Source: an uncultured Methanosarcinales archaeon
GTDB lineage: Archaea > Nanobdellota > Nanobdellia > Woesearchaeales > ARS49
Assembly (NCBI GenBank): GCA_964572035.1
Contig: CAZNDX010000005.1
Span: 1 to 56,570 of the forward strand
Direction of reading: 5' to 3'
Length of the DNA stretch: 56,570 nucleotides
Shown here: piece after piece, positions 53,088-56,570 of the stretch
Position numbering within the stretch: position 1 is the first letter of the stretch
How the letters are laid out: the number at the start of each line of letters is the position of its first letter
Translations under genes and position numbers: made by a program
The notes under the pieces: model-generated
Seen by the model: the letters and a program-made list of their open reading frames with translations, nothing else
Told to the model about the DNA's origin: nothing
Databases searched by the model: none

Positions 53088-54137
53088 TCATTCGTAAGAA
53101 AGCTGGTAGCGAAGCAATGCGCCGATTCCGCCAAGGCCGTCAAGTCTTTTTCCGCCTGTGTGTTCGCTGTTGATTATGATTATTGTTCCTTTTTGTTTAT
53201 CAACAAGTTTTAATATCGCGTCAACGCGCGCGAATGTTTCTTCTTGTTTGTTTTTATGTATGAAATTTGTTGTGACCAATACTGTTTCCGCCGCGCCTGA
53301 GCTTGCTGCTTCTTCTGTTGCTTTTATTCCGTAAACCGCTTTTCCTTTTTTGGAAATCTCAGTTAATAATTTGTCAACCGCGAGTATTTCTTTGGTTGTT
53401 TTTTCCGCGTGCAACGCTTGTTGCACTTCCGCTCGTTTCATCACTTCGTCGATTGCGCGCTCGTCGCATGAACTGCACGTCGCCTGTATGATTTTTTTCT
53501 TTAGCGCGTCGCTTTTCAAAACTTTATACAATTCCTCTTTCCAAAATGACGGGCTTGCCAAAATTATAGTGTCTAACTTGTATCTGTCGTTGTATTCTTC
53601 CAATTGTTTGATTATATTTTCATAGAAGTTTCCTTTTGCTGTTGTTGTTACTCTTTTTCTTTGTACGTCTCCCTTCAAATGCAATATCATTTCCACGCCT
53701 TTTCTTTTGAGCATTGCGAAATACGCTTCTTCCCTGTCGAACACGCAAATAAGTATGGCTGGTTGTTTTGTGCTTGCCGCTTCTTCTAGTTGGTCCAATT
53801 GATATCCGTACCAATGTTCTTTTTGTAGTGTGGCTGTTGTTCCTGGTTCAAGGTTGAATGTATGAAAGCTTCCTCTTGGCACGTCTTCAGGACCGTCCAG
53901 GACCGTCCCAGAAACTCGCAGTGCGCTGGCGTCGTATTCTGTTTTATCCACTTGTATTTTCATGAAAACCGCGCGTTTTGTGGCGTCAGCTTCCTCGTTG
54001 ACTTTGATTTTTCGTATTGTTTTGCCTGATATTTTGTCTCCTTTCTCTATTAATTGTGATAAATACCATAATTCCTCAGCTATCTCTATTTGAAACGTGA
54101 TTTCTCCTTGCTTGAGATTTTTTGATAGTATTTTCAT
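53088..54137 (-). CDS. pelA: Pelota/Dom34 ribosome rescue factor
   Basis: EELWYLSQLIEKGD, LRVSGTV...GSFHTF, ILASPSFWKEE, GKRLDGLGGIGALLRY. Start moved to MKILS (54137). Confidence 0.96.
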   Translation of the reverse strand: MKILSKNLKQGEITFQIEIAEELWYLSQLIEKGDKISGKTIRKIKVNEEADATKRAVFMKIQVDKTEYDASALRVSGTVLDGPEDVPRGSFHTFNLEPGTTATLQKEHWYGYQLDQLEEAASTKQPAILICVFDREEAYFAMLKRKGVEMILHLKGDVQRKRVTTTAKGNFYENIIKQLEEYNDRYKLDTIILASPSFWKEELYKVLKSDALKKKIIQATCSSCDERAIDEVMKRAEVQQALHAEKTTKEILAVDKLLTEISKKGKAVYGIKATEEAASSGAAETVLVTTNFIHKNKQEETFARVDAILKLVDKQKGTIIIINSEHTGGKRLDGLGGIGALLRYQLSYE

Positions 54138-54229
54138 ATGCAGTCCTTTCTCTTCTGTCTTTAAAAGAGTTGCCTCGCAAAACATTTATATACTATCCTC
54201 CCGAAAAGAATACGTAAAAAAGGTGACAT

Positions 54230-55387
54230 ATGAGACGTAAAGCGCAAGCGGCAAGTGGAGCGGCAACTTTAATCGGCATTATACTTGTGCTTTTCATTTT
54301 TTACATTCTATTTTTGCCTCCTGAGGAAAGAAAGAGTTTGCTTGATGAGGGAACCTTAACTGCTCCAGGAGATAGCGCGATTGGGAACAAATTGCTTGAT
54401 GTCGCTCCTGGTCGTCTGACTTTTACTGATAAAAAAGTGATTGATCACAGTATTCCGAATATTTATCTTGAGTCCGCGCGTGAGAGTGTGATTTTGGCGC
54501 AGGAGAATCCATTTACGATTTACAAGGGTTTGTTTGGCGAGCAAAAGAAAAGAATGGTGTTTAGCGTTGATAATTTGAACAATCTTGAGAGTGTCATGCT
54601 TGGCTTTTCAGCTCCTTATAGAAAGGGAATTCTTACAATCACTTTGAACGGAATGCCTGTTTTTGAGAACGCTGTTCCTGTTCAGAATGTTCCGCCTATT
54701 GTTCTTCCTAAGAGTTTGATTCGTGAAGCTAATGAGCTTGAATTTTCAGTTCAGGGTTCTTGGTTTCAGAGGAAAAAATTCGAACTTTCAGATATCAAAG
54801 TTGTTGGTGAACTGACTGACGCTGCGAGACAGCGCGCCGAGAGCAGTTTCACTATTTCGCCGACTGAGTTTGACAATTTGGAATCTGTCTTCCTTGACTT
54901 TTTCCCTATTTGTGACCAGTCGCAAGTTGGAATTATGACTGTTGGATTGAATGGAAAATTGTTGTTCGCCGCGCCTCCTGCGTGCGATAGTTTGAACAGA
55001 CAGGAAGTTTTCAAGGAAGATTTGAATGAAGGCAAAAACACAATTTATTTCCAAATCGACAGAGGTTCCTATAGAATTGAGCAGGTTCGCGTAAGATCAA
55101 CTTTGAAGCCAGTTCAGTCTTACATACAATACTTTGATGTCAAACAAAGTCTTTACAATGACGTTCTTGACAAGAAGCGCAAGGTTATTTTGAAGATTGA
55201 GTTTGTGAATGATGGGCTTTCAAAGCGCGCGGATGTAAGCGTTAATGGCAAGCTTCTTTCGTTGGACCAAAAGACAAATGTGTTTGAGCGTGATGTTTCG
55301 ACCGCCATGCGAGAGGGCAATAACTATCTTGAAATCCGTCCGCTGTCTGAGATGAATATCGTGCGTGTTGAAGCGCGCGTTGAGTAA
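54230..55387 (+). CDS. Class III signal peptide protein (RKA|QAASGAA) with three internal beta-sandwich-like repeats
   Basis: +1 Gln leader, hydrophobic helix, and three (L/V)NG...NxLxF-type units. SD AGGTGA. Confidence 0.78.
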   Translation: MRRKAQAASGAATLIGIILVLFIFYILFLPPEERKSLLDEGTLTAPGDSAIGNKLLDVAPGRLTFTDKKVIDHSIPNIYLESARESVILAQENPFTIYKGLFGEQKKRMVFSVDNLNNLESVMLGFSAPYRKGILTITLNGMPVFENAVPVQNVPPIVLPKSLIREANELEFSVQGSWFQRKKFELSDIKVVGELTDAARQRAESSFTISPTEFDNLESVFLDFFPICDQSQVGIMTVGLNGKLLFAAPPACDSLNRQEVFKEDLNEGKNTIYFQIDRGSYRIEQVRVRSTLKPVQSYIQYFDVKQSLYNDVLDKKRKVILKIEFVNDGLSKRADVSVNGKLLSLDQKTNVFERDVSTAMREGNNYLEIRPLSEMNIVRVEARVE

Positions 55388-55402
55388 TGGCCAAGGTGTT
55401 TT

Positions 55403-56570
55403 ATGGCTGAGCAACCGACTAACATTATTGTTGAAACTGGTGGGGAAAGCGGTCCAAAAAAAGCGTTTTCAACTATTCTTGGTTTTTTGACGCATGAAAA
55501 GCTTGGACGTTTTTTGCTTGCCTGTTTGTTTGCATTTATTGTTTATGTCATCAGTCAAAATTTCATTAAGTTTGTTTGGCCGCTTAGCTTGTTTTGGACT
55601 GTTCTGATATTTGCGTTGGTTATTTTGGGTGTTTCGTTTGGAGCCAATTCAGTTATTCTGGTTCTGAGCGTTATTGGTTTGCCTTTGTTATTCATCCTAC
55701 TGGGAAGCACTCTTCCTGGCCTTTCTCCTTTGTTCAAGTTAAATCCTATTGTTATGGTCATTATAGTTTTGTTTTGGATCGCTTTTGTGTTCATAGCGAC
55801 TCAAAGCGCGTATCAGAACAAGAAGAGCGCTTTGCCCTTGCTTCTTGTTTTGTTTAACATCGCGATTTACGTTTTGTTGATGTGGCCTCTGACTAGCCAG
55901 ATGCTTTTTGCCGGTTTCCAGGTTGATGCGCCAATTCGTAATGCCGTTGAAAGTCAACAGGCCGAATGGGGGAACATTTGGGAAAATCTAGGAACCAGTT
56001 TGTCAAAAGCGGAAATGGAAGCTCGACGTCAAATCAATATGGCGAGTGGTAATTATGAGGCGGGTGTTGAGGCTCAAAGCCAGAAACCTCTTGGTATTTT
56101 CTTGGAGAATACTGGAACTAACAGCCCCATCAGATATCCTGGTGATTTGAATTTGAAAATTTTTGGTTATATCAAAGCCATAACTCCAAATCCGCAGGAT
56201 AAGTTCAAAATTAGCGCGGAGTGTTACGGCGTTTCATCAAAGGATAAAAAGCACAGAGCGACTTTCTATCCTCCTGGCGATGAGCTTGAATCGAATGACT
56301 ACAAGAGTGTTGACTGTTTAGTTCCAATTTCTGATCTTTCTTTGGCGACCGCGAACACGCAGGCTGTTTTGGAAACCACTTTCGACTTCAAGACAAGCGC
56401 TTTTGTTAAGACTTACTTTATGGAGCAGGACGTTATTCGTTCGTATAGAATGCAAAATCTTGACCCTCTCAAGGAATATGGTATTGAAGACAAGAATCCT
56501 GTCGCGGTTTATACTGGCGGTCCTTTGATGGTTGGTATGCGAGCTGGCGCTCAGCAGCCTGTTCCTCTTG
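55403..56570 (+). CDS. Multi-pass membrane protein with a C-terminal extracellular domain, truncated by the window end (not in the ORF track)
   Basis: ATG 55403 after AAGGTG and open for 389 codons to the end: MAEQPTNIIV..., ~5 hydrophobic helices, then a soluble region (...NPVAVYTGGPL...). Confidence 0.85.
   Translation, partial: MAEQPTNIIVETGGESGPKKAFSTILGFLTHEKLGRFLLACLFAFIVYVISQNFIKFVWPLSLFWTVLIFALVILGVSFGANSVILVLSVIGLPLLFILLGSTLPGLSPLFKLNPIVMVIIVLFWIAFVFIATQSAYQNKKSALPLLLVLFNIAIYVLLMWPLTSQMLFAGFQVDAPIRNAVESQQAEWGNIWENLGTSLSKAEMEARRQINMASGNYEAGVEAQSQKPLGIFLENTGTNSPIRYPGDLNLKIFGYIKAITPNPQDKFKISAECYGVSSKDKKHRATFYPPGDELESNDYKSVDCLVPISDLSLATANTQAVLETTFDFKTSAFVKTYFMEQDVIRSYRMQNLDPLKEYGIEDKNPVAVYTGGPLMVGMRAGAQQPVPL

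Noticed and set aside
1-56570. The many 60-240-aa ORFs antisense to, or frame-shifted within, the called genes (e.g. 24687-25241 +, 27790-28440 +, 51291-52016 +, 41300-41905 +)
   Set aside because: They are shadows of longer motif-bearing genes on the opposite strand, have Ser/Phe/Leu/Cys-biased composition and show no SD/TATA or family motifs.
1-56570. CRISPR array, cas genes, tRNA, rRNA
   Set aside because: No regularly spaced direct repeats, cas motifs, cloverleaf/T-arm pattern in intergenic DNA or rRNA-like stretch were found by eye. tRNAscan-SE/Infernal was not run.

Overview
Archaeal chromosomal DNA, most consistent with a DPANN lineage such as Woesearchaeota. That assignment is an inference from the archaeal informational genes (RFC-L, RadA, RadB, RPA, aMBF1, Nip7-like, Rpp30, eL34, eL14, uS2, pelota, archaeal ValRS/PheRS), the absence of biosynthetic genes, the compact overlapping layout and an expansion of pilin-like genes. 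No rRNA, tRNA, CRISPR array, transposase or integrase was found. The dominant feature is a ~21.5-kb cell-surface locus on the minus strand (25275-46733). It encodes 18 proteins with class III (type IV pilin-like) signal peptides, two of them 37-aa and 44-aa micro-pilins missing from the ORF track. It also encodes a 1676-aa Cys-rich membrane-anchored surface protein and two Cys-rich secreted proteins, and is split by an Lrp regulator, a low-GC APH-like kinase and an AbrB-PhoU regulator. No pilus ATPase, platform protein or prepilin peptidase lies in the window. Other notable items are a five-gene GT-C glycosylation-like operon (10947-17898), a small putative ssDNA-binding gene upstream of radA, and structured 5' leaders (a candidate H-type pseudoknot before rps2 and an SD-sequestering leader at 22574-22660). 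TATA boxes sit 21-24 nt upstream of many start codons, and three of them are formed by the Leu-stop codons of the preceding gene. Several start codons were moved from the ORF-track positions using these promoter, SD and overlap signals. All family assignments come from reading motifs by eye; no database search was run.
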